The translations under genes were made by a program, and so were the position numbers. The notes beneath the pieces are model-generated. The model did no database searches, was not told the DNA's origin, and saw only the letters and a program-made list of their open reading frames with translations. Shown one piece after another: positions 45,494-46,004 of a stretch of DNA of 46,004 nucleotides; position 1 is the first letter of the stretch; every line of letters starts with the position of its first letter. Source of the DNA: Candidatus Fimimonas merdipullorum. GTDB lineage: Bacteria; Bacillota; Clostridia; Christensenellales; CAG-314. Location of the stretch: contig DVOC01000093.1 of NCBI GenBank assembly GCA_018713905.1, positions 1-46,004 of the forward strand. The letters run 5' to 3'.

Positions 45494-45747
45494 TACAGCC
45501 GTACCGATGAAGGTGCGGCGGTAATCGGCAAATCCGCCTGCAAGCTCGCCGCGCGTCGGAGATCTTGACCGCCGCAAAAACGCCCCAAGCGTTGTATGCC
45601 GCGGCGGACTGCCGCCCGCAACAAAATGCGACGGTTTTTCGCAAAGCAGACGCACAGCTGTTATGCGACGCCGACAAGGGTAAACGCCGACGTTAACGCA
45701 AAAAAGGCTCCGAATGCGCGCCCGTTGCCCCGAACAAAACTACATAT

Positions 45748-45790
45748 GCTTCCGTAGTTAAATGGATATAACAAGCCCCTCCTAAGGGTT
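45748..45790 (+). pseudogene. tRNA-Arg(CCU)-like 5' two-thirds (acceptor 5' strand, D arm, anticodon arm) without T arm or 3' acceptor strand
   Basis: The segment reads GCTTCCG-TA-GTTA-AATGGATA-TAAC-A-AGCCC-CTCCTAA-GGGTT. The sequence downstream cannot form a T arm, and CGGAAGC is absent from the rest of the window. Confidence 0.4.
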
Positions 45791-45966
45791 TGCTATTCCT
45801 AATATGAACCCTTGAAAACGGGGCAAAACTATGCAAAAACCGCTCAAAATCGTGCGTTTTGGCGATACGACAGAATGCAAAATAAAATTTGGTGACCTAA
45901 ATGGTTGCCACGGCGAGAAAAGTTCGCCAAAGTGGGTATTGCTATATCCTGTAAAATTGAATATAA

Positions 45967-46004
45967 CTTTCCGTAGTTAAATGGATATAACGCGGACCTC
46001 CTAA
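45967..46004 (+). tRNA. probable tRNA-Arg(CCU), 5' part only (truncated by window end)
   Basis: The segment reads CTTTCCG-TA-GTTA-AATGGATA-TAAC-G-CGGAC-CTCCTAA, then the window ends. It shares 23 nt (TTCCGTAGTTAAATGGATATAAC) with 45750-45772. C at position 1 is unusual, so the call is tentative. Confidence 0.45.

Overview
This is a 46-kb chromosomal segment of moderately high GC, transcribed almost entirely on the minus strand. The gene content suggests a monoderm Firmicute, probably Clostridia-class (inference). That content includes a lipobox-tagged solute-binding protein, many other lipoproteins, Listeria-Bacteroides repeats, a split transketolase and a YhaO/YhaN-type nuclease/ATPase pair.

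From left to right:
- A hypothetical gene lies at 47-679.
- An ECF sigma / anti-sigma-like / VWA-lipoprotein cassette (1370-4119, minus) is bracketed on both sides by arrays of one degenerate 46-bp repeat family (671-1059 and 4205-4827).
- tRNA-Ser(GGA) (5141-5229, minus) has three decayed copies of its own 3' end downstream of it.
- The dominant feature is a tightly packed 13-gene, ~31-kb minus-strand operon (36903 down to 5755) with one consensus promoter and one strong terminator.
- A ~1-kb ORF-free, compositionally odd spacer follows.
- Right of the spacer are the split transketolase, a metallophosphoesterase/SMC-like ATPase pair, a MATE exporter, a divergent AraC regulator and an orphan consensus promoter.
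- Two tRNA-Arg(CCU)-like 5' segments sit at the window edge.

The operon encodes:
- a Flg_new lipoprotein;
- a complete Opp/Dpp-type ABC importer, made of an oversized family-5 binding lipoprotein, two permeases and two ATPases; one permease and both ATPases carry non-canonical extensions;
- a 75-aa membrane peptide;
- a 2507-aa S8 subtilase-PA-Big_2-LRR surface protein;
- five further lipoproteins of 179-1668 aa with no assignable function.

I consider this protease + importer + orphan-lipoprotein operon the best candidate for an undescribed system, namely a cell-surface protein capture, degradation and peptide-uptake machine.

I saw no CRISPR array, transposase, integrase, rRNA or recognisable defence or toxin genes. 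All domain calls are by-eye motif recognition, not database searches. Hand-derived coordinates of small sites may be off by 1-2 nt.
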